Assembly (NCBI GenBank): GCA_965214605.1
Contig: OZ243961.1
Location: forward strand, 3,520,001 to 3,584,000
Origin: an uncultured Candidatus Binatia bacterium
GTDB taxonomy: Bacteria > Desulfobacterota > Binatia > Bin18
Direction of reading: 5' to 3'
Length of the DNA stretch: 64,000 nucleotides
In this document: positions 1 to 9,114 of the stretch, piece by piece
Position numbering within the stretch: the stretch's first letter is position 1
How the letters are laid out: every line of letters starts with the position of its first letter
Made by a program: the position numbers and the translations under genes
The notes under the pieces: model-generated
Told to the model about the DNA's origin: nothing
Seen by the model: only the letters and a program-made list of their open reading frames with translations
Databases searched by the model: none

Positions 1-552
1 GAGCAGCCGTTGCTGTTCGTCGCGGGGCATGACCCAGCCGGTGGGATTGCAGGGCGTGTTGAGAAACAGCGCCCTGGTTTGCGGGCGGACCGTAGCGAAC
101 AGGTCGTCAAGCTCAAGCCGCCAGCCGCATGGCTCAAGCCGTTGGCGCACAAAGTCGAACGTCGCCCCGCTCATCTGGAACGCTCGATCAATGTTGGGCC
201 AGTTGGGGCTGATGATCAGACCATGGTCGCCGGAGCCGAGCGCCATGCGGGCTGCCATTGATATGCCCAGCATGGTGGAACCTGGCACGATGATACGCTC
301 CATGTCAAGGTCGATCCCGTACAGGCGGTCGAGATACGCCTTGATTGCCGCCCGCAGATCCGGCCGTCCAGAAGGATGGTTGTAAAAGGTTAGTCCAGCA
401 TCGAGAGCACTTTTGGCGGCTTCGCGGATAAAAGCCGGGGTGGGCAGGTCGCCCTCGCCAAACCACAGTGGAATGACAGACGGATCGCCGATGCGGGGCA
501 GACCGACCTGGGTGATTCCGTTCTGTTGCAGAGTTTCAAATTCGCGACGCAT
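1..552 (-). CDS. PLP-dependent aminotransferase class I/II (5' part; runs off window edge)
   Basis: Manual translation from ATG at 552: MRREFETLQQNGITQVG...PLWFGEGDLPTPAFIREAA...FLNTPCNPTGWV, typical of aspartate aminotransferase-like proteins. Absent from the ORF track because it has no stop in the window. Confidence 0.85.
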   Translation of the reverse strand, partial: MRREFETLQQNGITQVGLPRIGDPSVIPLWFGEGDLPTPAFIREAAKSALDAGLTFYNHPSGRPDLRAAIKAYLDRLYGIDLDMERIIVPGSTMLGISMAARMALGSGDHGLIISPNWPNIDRAFQMSGATFDFVRQRLEPCGWRLELDDLFATVRPQTRALFLNTPCNPTGWVMPRDEQQRLL

Positions 553-585
553 ATCGTGTTTATCCTTTGCTGGTGGAGGCCTCTA

Positions 586-3500
586 CTATGGGCGAAACTG
601 TAACACCCTAGGCACTAGCTGGGCCGGCTGTGACACCAACCTATAGGCGGTCTCCAGCCACTCGCAGATCAGTTTTCGCGTGTCCCTGGGATCGATCATC
701 TCCTCAATCTGGAACTTGGACAACGGCCCCACCGGTCCGCGCACGCTCTCGATCCGTGCCATGAGTTCGTCGCGAAACGCCTGGGGGTCGTCTGCCGCTG
801 CCAGTTGGCGCTTATAGGCGGCCTCAATCCCCCCCTCGGGGGGAATCCCGCCCACGTCCGCGGCCGGCCACGCTACCCGCACCGACGGCCGTGACCGGGG
901 TGTAGCGTAGTTGTTGCCCGCCACGCCAAAGCTGCGACGCATCAGGACGGTGAAGATGGGTACACTGACCTGGGCAAAGGCGATCATCCACGCGCCGCCC
1001 CGGCGAATCGTACCGGTGAGTTCGTGCTCCAAGCCCACGGCAAAGCCCGGATTGTCGATCAGGTTGAGGATTGGCAGGTGAAACAAGTCACACAGATCAA
1101 GGTGGCGCGTCAGCTTGCTACATCCATCCGCGGTCAGCGCGCCACCGTTGGCGTGCTGGCTGTCCGAGGCGATGACCCCCAACGGATAGCCGTTGAAGCG
1201 CACAAAACCTGTGATTTGGTCTGTGCCCCACAGCGGTCCGATCTCGAAGAACGATCCGACATCGGCCATCAGGGTGATGGCTTTTCTTATATCAAAGGTC
1301 ATGGTGCGCTTGCGGGGGATGAGGCTGGACAGCTCCTCTTCACGACGGTCAGGCGGATCGTGGGGGTTGGGCGGTAGAACTGGGGGCGCTTCATACACGC
1401 TCGATGGCAGATACGAGAGAAAGCGCTTGGTCATCGCCACTGCTTCCTGCTCGGTCTCGGCCAGGTTGTCCACCGAACCGTTCCGGCAGTGAATGTGCCA
1501 CCCGCCAAGATTCTCCTTGGTGATGTCATAACCTATGGCGTGGCGCACGACCGGCGGCCCGGCCACAAACAGCTGGGCGATATCGCGGACCATGACCGAG
1601 AAGTGGCCCAAGACGGCCTTAGCCGCCCCAATACCCACCACGCTGCCGAGCAGGAGATTGACCACCGGCACGGCCCCTAGCTGCTCAGTGTATAGGGTGC
1701 TGCCCAGGTGCCCAGGCAGGTATGAACCCCCTCCGCCCGCGACCCGCGGTCTGCCCGCCTTGATAGCGCCCGCGCTCTCTTTGGCGCTGCTCTCACCCTC
1801 TTTTTTCTGCGCCGGTACCATCGCCGCTACACTGCCCCCTCCTGATGAGCCGTCCAACAGCCGTACTGAGGGGATGCGCAGCTCCAGGGAGAGGCGGTCG
1901 AGGTAACTACTTTTGGCGCCGATCGCGCCGTCCGCATGCCCGCCACGCGACGTAAAATCGTCGGCGCACACGACCGCGGGGCGGGCGTCGATCTTTCCCC
2001 AGCCACCGACATGGTTGGCGGGCGTAAAATCTGTAAGGTTCCCGTCTTCGTCATACGAAGCGAACCCGGTCACGCTGCCCACCTCGTGGAAGCTGCCATC
2101 ATCCAACAGCAGAGCGATACGCTCCCGGCAGGTGAGCTTGCCACGACCGCGCTGACGGACAACGCCTGGGTCCTCCGAGCCCGCTGCCAGCCTTCTCAGA
2201 GCCAGCTTTTGCATGGCCGTGACCTCGTCCAGAAGCGGTGCCCAGGTCTGTTTGCTGGGCAGCGGTTCGTGGTGTGTGACCTCGTCGGGCGTGAGCACCA
2301 TCACCACCTGTCTAGCAGTGACGCTATCTCCGGCGTTTAAGGGCTGGGCGGCCGTCACCACGCCTGCACACGGGGCCGTGACCATGGTTTCCATTTTCAT
2401 TGCGCTGAGGATCAGCAGGGTATCGCCCGCGGCCACACGGCTGCCCTCCTTGACCCGAAGCTCGACTACAGCGCCCGCCATTGGACACTCTACCACGCGT
2501 TGGCCGGGGCGCACCTCAAGCATCGGCGCTGAAGAGGTCGAAGACGCGGTTGATGAAGCCACAGGCAGACCGGTCGCCGTGTCGAGGCTCCTGACACGGG
2601 CTTGCTGCTCAAGAAGTGTGAGCGCGGCGCTGTTGGCCTTGGTGGAGGAGGGCGGCGACAGGAGCTCAGGTTCTTCGGCCAGCAGCGATGTTCTGGCGTC
2701 GCCAGCCCGAACAGTCGGGTGGGAGAGAATGGCCCGAAGCTGGGGCAGGTTGGTGGGCAGACCGGCAATGTGGAACTCGTCTAGCGCGCGGAGCGTCCGC
2801 TCAATAGCGGAGGCGAAGGATGCCGAGGAGCTTGAGGAACAAACGACCTTGGCGAGAAGCGGATCGAACTGTGACGGTAGGGTGTAGCCCAGGTAAGCGC
2901 AAGCGTCAACCCGCACCCCCGGCCCTGAGGGTTCCTTATACGCACTCAGCGTCCCCCCGCCTCTGGCAACGACTCTGGCCTGGACTGCAAAGCCGCGCGG
3001 GACGCTCACAGCCCGCTGGTCGCCCAGGCCTAAGGACCGCAGCGTCGCTCCAGATGCGATCTGGAACTGGGCCTCGACCAGGTCAATGCCCGTTACCTGT
3101 TCGGTGACGGTGTGCTCGACCTGGATGCGTGGGTTGCATTCGAGAAAGAAGTGCTGGCCAGTTTCGGGCGCGACCAGGAACTCCACGGTCCCCGCGTTGA
3201 CATACTCGGCGGCTCGGATGAGTTTGAGCGCGGCGGCCAGAATCCTCTCCCGGACAGCGTTGTCGAGCGCTGGTGCCGGGGCCACCTCTACGACCTTCTG
3301 GTTTCTGAGCTGCACCGAACAGTCCCGCTCGTGGAGATGGATCGCGTTGCCATGGGCGTCGGCCAGGATTTGAACCTCGATGTGTCGCGGTCGGGCGATG
3401 AGCTTCTCGACGAACAGAGCATCGTCGCCAAAGGCGGCCCGTGCCTCACTGCGGCAGCGGTCAAACGACTCGGCCATCTCTTCAGCCCGTTCGACCGCAC

Positions 3501-4044
3501 GCATACCGCGTCCACCACCGCCGGCTGCCGCTTTGAGCATAATGGGATAGCCGAGGGCGAGCGCTAATTCTGCCGCTTCGTCCGGCGATGTGAGGGGTGT
3601 GGTGCTGCCGGGCACGATCGGGATGGCTAAGGATTGGGCGAGCAGGCGGGCACGAATCTTGTCTCCAAACAGTGCCAGGGCAGCGGGCGGTGGGCCAATA
3701 AAGGTGAGGCCCTCAGACGCGCAGCATTCGGCAAAGTGCGCATTCTCGGACAAGAAACCGTAGCCCGGATGGACACAGTCACAGGCCGAGACCTTGGCCA
3801 GGTCTATGAGGGCTTGGACGTCTAGGTAGGCGCTCACGGCGTCTGGCTCGCTGTTGTGACTGTTAAGCTCCCGCGTTTCGGTTGTGAACCGCGTGTGCAG
3901 CGATAGCGCATCAACGGGGGCGTATATGCCCACGGATTCTATGCCGAGTGCCTCAGCGGCTTTGGCAATGCGAATAGCAATCTCGCCGCGATTACTGATG
4001 AAGACGCGTTTGAGCCCTGTCACTCCTCGCCCCTCTCGACTCAT
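586..4044 (-). CDS. Single-chain acyl-CoA carboxylase (biotin carboxylase-BCCP-carboxyltransferase fusion)
   Basis: BC motifs NRGEIA, HPGYGFLSEN, GGGGRG, RIQVEH; biotin site AMKM; C-terminal carboxyltransferase domain. Start chosen at ATG 4044 after AAGGAGG. Confidence 0.9.
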   Translation of the reverse strand: MSREGRGVTGLKRVFISNRGEIAIRIAKAAEALGIESVGIYAPVDALSLHTRFTTETRELNSHNSEPDAVSAYLDVQALIDLAKVSACDCVHPGYGFLSENAHFAECCASEGLTFIGPPPAALALFGDKIRARLLAQSLAIPIVPGSTTPLTSPDEAAELALALGYPIMLKAAAGGGGRGMRAVERAEEMAESFDRCRSEARAAFGDDALFVEKLIARPRHIEVQILADAHGNAIHLHERDCSVQLRNQKVVEVAPAPALDNAVRERILAAALKLIRAAEYVNAGTVEFLVAPETGQHFFLECNPRIQVEHTVTEQVTGIDLVEAQFQIASGATLRSLGLGDQRAVSVPRGFAVQARVVARGGGTLSAYKEPSGPGVRVDACAYLGYTLPSQFDPLLAKVVCSSSSSASFASAIERTLRALDEFHIAGLPTNLPQLRAILSHPTVRAGDARTSLLAEEPELLSPPSSTKANSAALTLLEQQARVRSLDTATGLPVASSTASSTSSAPMLEVRPGQRVVECPMAGAVVELRVKEGSRVAAGDTLLILSAMKMETMVTAPCAGVVTAAQPLNAGDSVTARQVVMVLTPDEVTHHEPLPSKQTWAPLLDEVTAMQKLALRRLAAGSEDPGVVRQRGRGKLTCRERIALLLDDGSFHEVGSVTGFASYDEDGNLTDFTPANHVGGWGKIDARPAVVCADDFTSRGGHADGAIGAKSSYLDRLSLELRIPSVRLLDGSSGGGSVAAMVPAQKKEGESSAKESAGAIKAGRPRVAGGGGSYLPGHLGSTLYTEQLGAVPVVNLLLGSVVGIGAAKAVLGHFSVMVRDIAQLFVAGPPVVRHAIGYDITKENLGGWHIHCRNGSVDNLAETEQEAVAMTKRFLSYLPSSVYEAPPVLPPNPHDPPDRREEELSSLIPRKRTMTFDIRKAITLMADVGSFFEIGPLWGTDQITGFVRFNGYPLGVIASDSQHANGGALTADGCSKLTRHLDLCDLFHLPILNLIDNPGFAVGLEHELTGTIRRGGAWMIAFAQVSVPIFTVLMRRSFGVAGNNYATPRSRPSVRVAWPAADVGGIPPEGGIEAAYKRQLAAADDPQAFRDELMARIESVRGPVGPLSKFQIEEMIDPRDTRKLICEWLETAYRLVSQPAQLVPRVLQFRP

Positions 4045-4111
4045 CGAAGCCCTCCTTTTGCCGACTGGACTATCCCTGGTCACGGCAGCCTGATGAAGAA
4101 TCCCAACAAAA

Positions 4112-4804
4112 CTAAGCGTCTCCTCGCCGCTGTCCCCAGCCGTTCCAGTAGGTCACCTCTTCGACCGGCAGACGCTTGGCCGGTCTGAAACCGTCGCCCG
4201 TAAAGTGGGCTACGGGCAGCAGGGCGGCCTGTAAAATATCGTCCGGAATGCCCAGAATCTCGGCCGCCTGTCGTTCATATACCAGATGGACTGTGGTCCA
4301 TGCCGAGCCCAAGCCTCGGGCGCGCAGGGCCAACATCAGCGACCAGGTGGCAGGCAAAATCGAGCCGTACAGCGAGGCGTGGTAAAATGAACTGGGCGTG
4401 GGAGACTGGAACAGCAGAGGATACTCTTTCACTCGAGTATTGATGCAGGGGATGATGTGGACCGGGGCCTCATGGAGGTGTTCGTTGAGGTACATACTGG
4501 CGTCGAGCATGCGCTGCCACTGCCCCGCCCGCAGACTATCGGTCGGATACTGGGGCGGCTGTTGGTTCTGGAACTGCCTATAATCACGCATCGCCCTGCG
4601 ATAGACCTCGGCCAACGCCAGGCGTTTTTCTGGTTCGGTTATCACCAGAAAATACCAGCCTTGCGAATTGACACCAGTGGGCGACTGTAGGGCAATCTCG
4701 ATGCAACGCTGAATCACAGCGGGGTCGACGGGACGAGTGAAGTTTAGGCGTTTTTTCACGGAGCGCGTTGTCGTGAGAATATGGTCTATAGTTTCTACAT
4801 CCAT
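4112..4804 (-). CDS. Nitroreductase family protein
   Basis: TTRSVK, SPTGVNSQGW and LALRARGLGSAWTT motifs; AAGGAGG RBS. Confidence 0.9.
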   Translation of the reverse strand: MDVETIDHILTTTRSVKKRLNFTRPVDPAVIQRCIEIALQSPTGVNSQGWYFLVITEPEKRLALAEVYRRAMRDYRQFQNQQPPQYPTDSLRAGQWQRMLDASMYLNEHLHEAPVHIIPCINTRVKEYPLLFQSPTPSSFYHASLYGSILPATWSLMLALRARGLGSAWTTVHLVYERQAAEILGIPDDILQAALLPVAHFTGDGFRPAKRLPVEEVTYWNGWGQRRGDA

Positions 4805-4901
4805 AGGGGCGCCTCCTTAATTGGTCCTGGCCTGTCCAGACCCTGCAGGCCTGTGTCGTGTATACACTATTGGACGGGGAAATCAGAGCTGTATCTTGCC
4901 T

Positions 4902-4931
4902 TTGACAAACACGGTCCAAGCGCAGAATAAT
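4902..4931 (+). promoter_or_regulatory. Candidate sigma70 promoter for dipeptidase gene
   Basis: TTGACA-18 nt-AATAAT upstream of AAGGAGG RBS. Confidence 0.4.
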
Positions 4932-4957
4932 CTCGGACACACAAGGAGGTCCGACTA

Positions 4958-6160
4958 GTGGGGACTCATAAACACTATAGCGGCTATCGTTCCTATCAGT
5001 ATCTGGATGGGGGCCACGATTACAAACGCTTCAAACTTGCCAAAGAGGTTGGACGGGTACCCTCTGCTCAGGTCGTGCTCAGCCCAAGTCAGGAACAGCG
5101 TGTCCAAGACCTCCTAGCCCGGCACCTAGCCATCTCTATGCATGATCACCCGGTCGTGGTCCCGGAGGACGTGACCGAGATTTTTGAACAAAAGCGCTTG
5201 GGGCGCGATTTTAGCGGGTTCCAGGGCTTGGCGGCGTCTGGCCTTGATGCCGTCTTTGATAACATGATGAACGGCATGTGCACAATTACCTCGCAGGCCG
5301 GTTGGAAGTGGAACGATGTTATCCACGACTTAGGCATGCGTTTGTGCGATCTGGCTCACCAGGACTTTGTTGTGGTGTGTGACGGCGTGCGCGATATTCT
5401 GGCCGCCCATGAGACGGGCCGGCTGGCCCTGGTGCCGACCCTTGAATCGGCCACCCCCATAGAGAACGAACTCGACCGGCTCGACGTCCTGTATGGGGTT
5501 GGGGTGCGCAGCATGGGGATCACGTACAGTGAATCGAATCTGTTAGGGAGCGGCCTACGCGAGGCGGGCGATAGCGGTCTGACCGATTTTGGGCGACAGG
5601 CGGTAGAACGCATGAACAAGCTCGGCATTTTGATCGATACCGCGCACTGCGGCGATCAGACCACCTTGGACACGATTGAAGTGAGCCATCAGCCGATTGT
5701 CATCTCGCACGCTGGCGCGCGGGCCTTGTGGCAGACGCCGCGTTTAAAGCCCGATCATGTCCTCGAAGCTATGGCCGCTAAGGGCGGCGTGCTTGGCATT
5801 GAAGCCGCTCCGCATACGACCCTGACCGAGCACTACCCCCGGCATACAATCGACTCGTGTATGGAGCACTTTGAGTACGCAGTCGGCCTGCTGGGTATCG
5901 ATCATGTCGGCTTTGGGCCTGATACCATCTTTGGCGATCACGTTGGACTGCACCGGACTTATGCCGCGCAACTGTCGGTGACAAAAATCCTTGGCAACAA
6001 GTCCTACCAGCCGGTTGAGTATGTCGACGGGCTAGAGAATCCCGCCGACTTTCCCAATATCATCCGCTGGCTCGTCAAACACGCCTACAGCGACGAGGAC
6101 ATTGCCAAGGTGATGGGGGCGAACGCGTTACGGGTCCTCAGGCAAGTCTGGGTTCGTTGA
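4958..6160 (+). CDS. Membrane dipeptidase (peptidase M19, amidohydrolase fold)
   Basis: GLTDFGRQAVERMNKLGILIDTAH, SHAGA, DHVGFGPD and KVMGANALRV motifs; GTG start with AAGGAGG. Confidence 0.9.
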   Translation: MGTHKHYSGYRSYQYLDGGHDYKRFKLAKEVGRVPSAQVVLSPSQEQRVQDLLARHLAISMHDHPVVVPEDVTEIFEQKRLGRDFSGFQGLAASGLDAVFDNMMNGMCTITSQAGWKWNDVIHDLGMRLCDLAHQDFVVVCDGVRDILAAHETGRLALVPTLESATPIENELDRLDVLYGVGVRSMGITYSESNLLGSGLREAGDSGLTDFGRQAVERMNKLGILIDTAHCGDQTTLDTIEVSHQPIVISHAGARALWQTPRLKPDHVLEAMAAKGGVLGIEAAPHTTLTEHYPRHTIDSCMEHFEYAVGLLGIDHVGFGPDTIFGDHVGLHRTYAAQLSVTKILGNKSYQPVEYVDGLENPADFPNIIRWLVKHAYSDEDIAKVMGANALRVLRQVWVR

Positions 6161-6169
6161 GACGTGCAT

Positions 6170-6587
6170 CGTATTGAGCTGTCTTCCGGGACGAACGCCA
6201 ATCGTCTTGATCTCGATCAGCAGACCAGCGGCAACAATGGTCGCGCGCTGGCCGGCGGATTGTCGCTAAATATACTGCCACGCCGCTTCCGGCATATTCA
6301 TGAACTTGTTGGCATCGGGAATAGACGTGTTGATTGTGACGAGGCGTTTCGTCTGGGCTCTGGCTGCTGCCAAGACGGCCTTGATATTTTGAAACGGCTG
6401 GCAGGTTGAGGCTTTCATGTTGTCCTGAGCGACCAGTTTTCTCTGGACATTAAAAGCGCTCCGACCGGCCACGTAGCGCTCTGCTTGGCCTGCGGGCCAG
6501 CGGCAGACGACCGTCCCAACTCCACCCCGGATCGCTAATACGGATCGGCCCGCTATCTGAAACCTGGGCTGCAGAAGTCTGTATCAT
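6170..6587 (-). pseudogene. RidA/YjgF family pseudogene
   Basis: Fragments in different frames: MIQ...WSWDGRLPLA / YVAGRSAF...FQNIKAVLAAA... / SDNPPAS / GLLIEIKTIGV. These match the RidA layout, with at least two frameshifts. Confidence 0.6.
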
Positions 6588-6642
6588 CTCTCTGCTATGG
6601 ATGGGCGTGGTGACCGGCTAGCCCTCAGGATCTGGACCCGTC

Positions 6643-6901
6643 CTATTGCCTTTCGCCCGGTGGCGGTGATAGGCTTATCGCTACTGCGGCGTCCAACTCA
6701 ATGGTGAACGTTGCCTTGGTGGAGATGAACCCCTGCATGATCTCGTGGATCACGGCCTGGGTTAGTGGCAACGTGATCTGTGGACGCAGCAAAACGGGCG
6801 CTTGGCTCGCACAGAGCTGGTGCCGTGCCGTCTCAAGGTCTCCCTTTTCTACGGCGTCGATCAATAAGAAGATCCCATTCTTTGGGTTTGGGTGTCGGCA
6901 T
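6643..6901 (-). pseudogene. Small hypothetical gene, apparently frameshifted
   Basis: AGGAGAG RBS plus ATG at 6901 (MPTPKPKEWDLLI) is out of frame with the downstream open frame DAVEKGDLETARHQL... Confidence 0.25.
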
Positions 6902-7140
6902 GTCTCTCCTCTCCTTTGTTGGTTGTGACTTGATATCTCCTCCTTCCCGGCGATACTCAGCCAAAAAAGCCTCAAATGGCCAAGGCTGCTTTTCGGGTCA
7001 GTGTGGCTCGTCCTGTTCGGCTTGACACCTCTCCTTGGGTGGGGCGATAAGGACGTCTCTGGAAGAAAAGAGCATACCAGCACCTTGCCTAGGCCGACTG
7101 TCTGTGAACCTGTATCTCTTGTGCTCGAAGGGGGTTGTGG

Positions 7141-8451
7141 ATGGAGGACTCACTACATAGTGTTGCGCCGGCTCATGGGAAACTCGGCGTTTTGTTACCC
7201 GGCATGGGGGCTGTCAGCACGACTCTGATTGCCGGGGTCGAGTTGATCAAGAAGGGTTTGGGGCGACCTATCGGTTGTTTGACCCAGTACGGTACTCTGC
7301 GGCCCGTTGCAGCTACCGACACGAGGCGCATTAAAGAGTGGGTGCCGCTGGCTAGTCTGGATGATCTTGTCTTTGGCTGCTGGGACATTTTTCCGGATAC
7401 TTGCTATGAGGCAGCCCTGCACGCTGGCGTTATTGAACCACGCCAGCTGGCATCCGTCTGTGAGGAACTCACCGCTCTAAGGCCGTGGAAGGCGGTCTTT
7501 GACCAGCACTACGTGCGCCGGCTGTCCGGTCCCCACGTCAAGCAGGCTCCGAACAAGTATGAGTTGGCCCTTCAGATTCGGGCCGACATCGACGGCTTTC
7601 GGAAAAAGCGAGGACTGGCCCGGATGGTGATGTTGTGGTGCGGCAGCACCGAGATTTTTCTGCAGCCTGAGACGGTCCATACTACGCTCCAGCGTTTTGA
7701 ACAGGGTCTTAAAAATAATCACCACGCTATCACGCCGACTATGATTTACGCCTATGCCGCGCTCATGGAGGGCGTGCCGTTCGGCAATGGGGCTCCGAAC
7801 CTGGCTGTCGAGATCCCAGCCTTACAGCAACTCGCCCATGAGAACGGCGTGCCGGTGTGTGGCAAGGACTTTAAGACCGGCCAGACCCTTACGAAAACGA
7901 TTCTGGCCCCTGGACTCAAAGCGCGTAGCTTAGGGCTGCGAGGGTGGTTCTCGACCAATATTTTAGGCAATCGGGACGGCGAGGTGCTGCACGATCCAGC
8001 CTCGCTCCAGACCAAAGAGCACAGTAAGCTGTCCGTCTTAGACTCTATTCTCCAGCCCGAAGTACACCCGGAACTCTACAGCGACTATGAGCACCAGGTC
8101 CACATTCATTACTACAAGGCGCGGGGAGACAACAAAGAAGGCTGGGATAATATTGATATCTTTGGGTGGCTTGATTACCCCATGCAAATCAAGCTGAATT
8201 TTTTGTGCCGTGATAGCATTCTCGCCGCTCCGCTAGCGCTTGACCTGGTGTTGTTTTTGGATCTCGCTCAGCGTAGCGGGCTGGGGGGTGTCCAAGACTG
8301 GCTGGCGTTCTATTTCAAGAGTCCGCTCTGTTCCTCACATCCCCCCCCAGCAGATGATCTGTTCACGCAGTTAGCCGTACTCAAGGATACCCTGGTGTCC
8401 CTGCGGAATACGGCCGCATCTCCGGCATTACTCCAAAGCACGAGGAGATGA
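7141..8451 (+). CDS. ino1: Inositol-3-phosphate synthase (myo-inositol-1-phosphate synthase)
   Basis: GMGAVSTT, GKDFKTGQT, STNILGNRDG, GDNKEGWD and CRDSILAAPLALDL motifs. Confidence 0.93.
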   Translation: MEDSLHSVAPAHGKLGVLLPGMGAVSTTLIAGVELIKKGLGRPIGCLTQYGTLRPVAATDTRRIKEWVPLASLDDLVFGCWDIFPDTCYEAALHAGVIEPRQLASVCEELTALRPWKAVFDQHYVRRLSGPHVKQAPNKYELALQIRADIDGFRKKRGLARMVMLWCGSTEIFLQPETVHTTLQRFEQGLKNNHHAITPTMIYAYAALMEGVPFGNGAPNLAVEIPALQQLAHENGVPVCGKDFKTGQTLTKTILAPGLKARSLGLRGWFSTNILGNRDGEVLHDPASLQTKEHSKLSVLDSILQPEVHPELYSDYEHQVHIHYYKARGDNKEGWDNIDIFGWLDYPMQIKLNFLCRDSILAAPLALDLVLFLDLAQRSGLGGVQDWLAFYFKSPLCSSHPPPADDLFTQLAVLKDTLVSLRNTAASPALLQSTRR

Positions 8452-8699
8452 GAAAGATGGTGGGGTTTTTAAGGAAGAGGAAACGCCCTGGGCCAGACCA
8501 GCAACCAGGATCCTCTAACGTTACCCAGAGCCATGCCACGCACGACTGGAGTAACGGTCCGGGGTGCCAGCGGTACCGCGCCCACGCTGGCGACGCGGAT
8601 CCATCTCCTTAGGTGGTCTCTTCCTCGGCGGTAACGTCCCAGTTAGCAAAGGCGAGAACTCACGCTAGTGCCAGAGGTCTTACCGCGCAGTAGTGCTGC

Positions 8700-8897
8700 T
8701 AGCTCCAGAAAATTCCCCAACTCGGCAATGGCTGTTGGCTCCAATGCGGTCGGCGGCGATCGGCACAATTCACGGGAAAGCACTTACAAAGCCTCTGCTT
8801 GGTCGCCATAGTGCAGATGGTCGAAGGAGTCCTGGGCGGCTCATCGGTCGCCGGAAGCCAGAAACGATCCGATGTCCCAGACGAACTCATCAATCAA
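8700..8897 (-). pseudogene. Remnant resembling MgtE magnesium transporter N-terminal domain
   Basis: Frame with two internal stops: IGSFLASGDR*AAQDSFDHLHYGDQAEAL*VLSRELCR...EPTAIAELGNFLE, similar to MgtE_N LHPADxAE repeats. Confidence 0.3.
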
Positions 8898-9114
8898 ACT
8901 CCTCGGGCGGGCGGAGATCCTCCTCAATGTGTGGGTCTGCTTGACGCAGCTCAAGACTGATCCGCCGGTGTCGCTCCTCCTCAGGCGCGACTGGGCAGCT
9001 CCTTCATAGCTCGAGGAGAGCCTCTAGACTGTGGACGGCTCAAACCGTGGTGGAAGGCCACTCCAACAAAAGAGGAAGGCGCGGTCGGCTCAGATTTTGT
9101 ACACGGCGGCCGAC

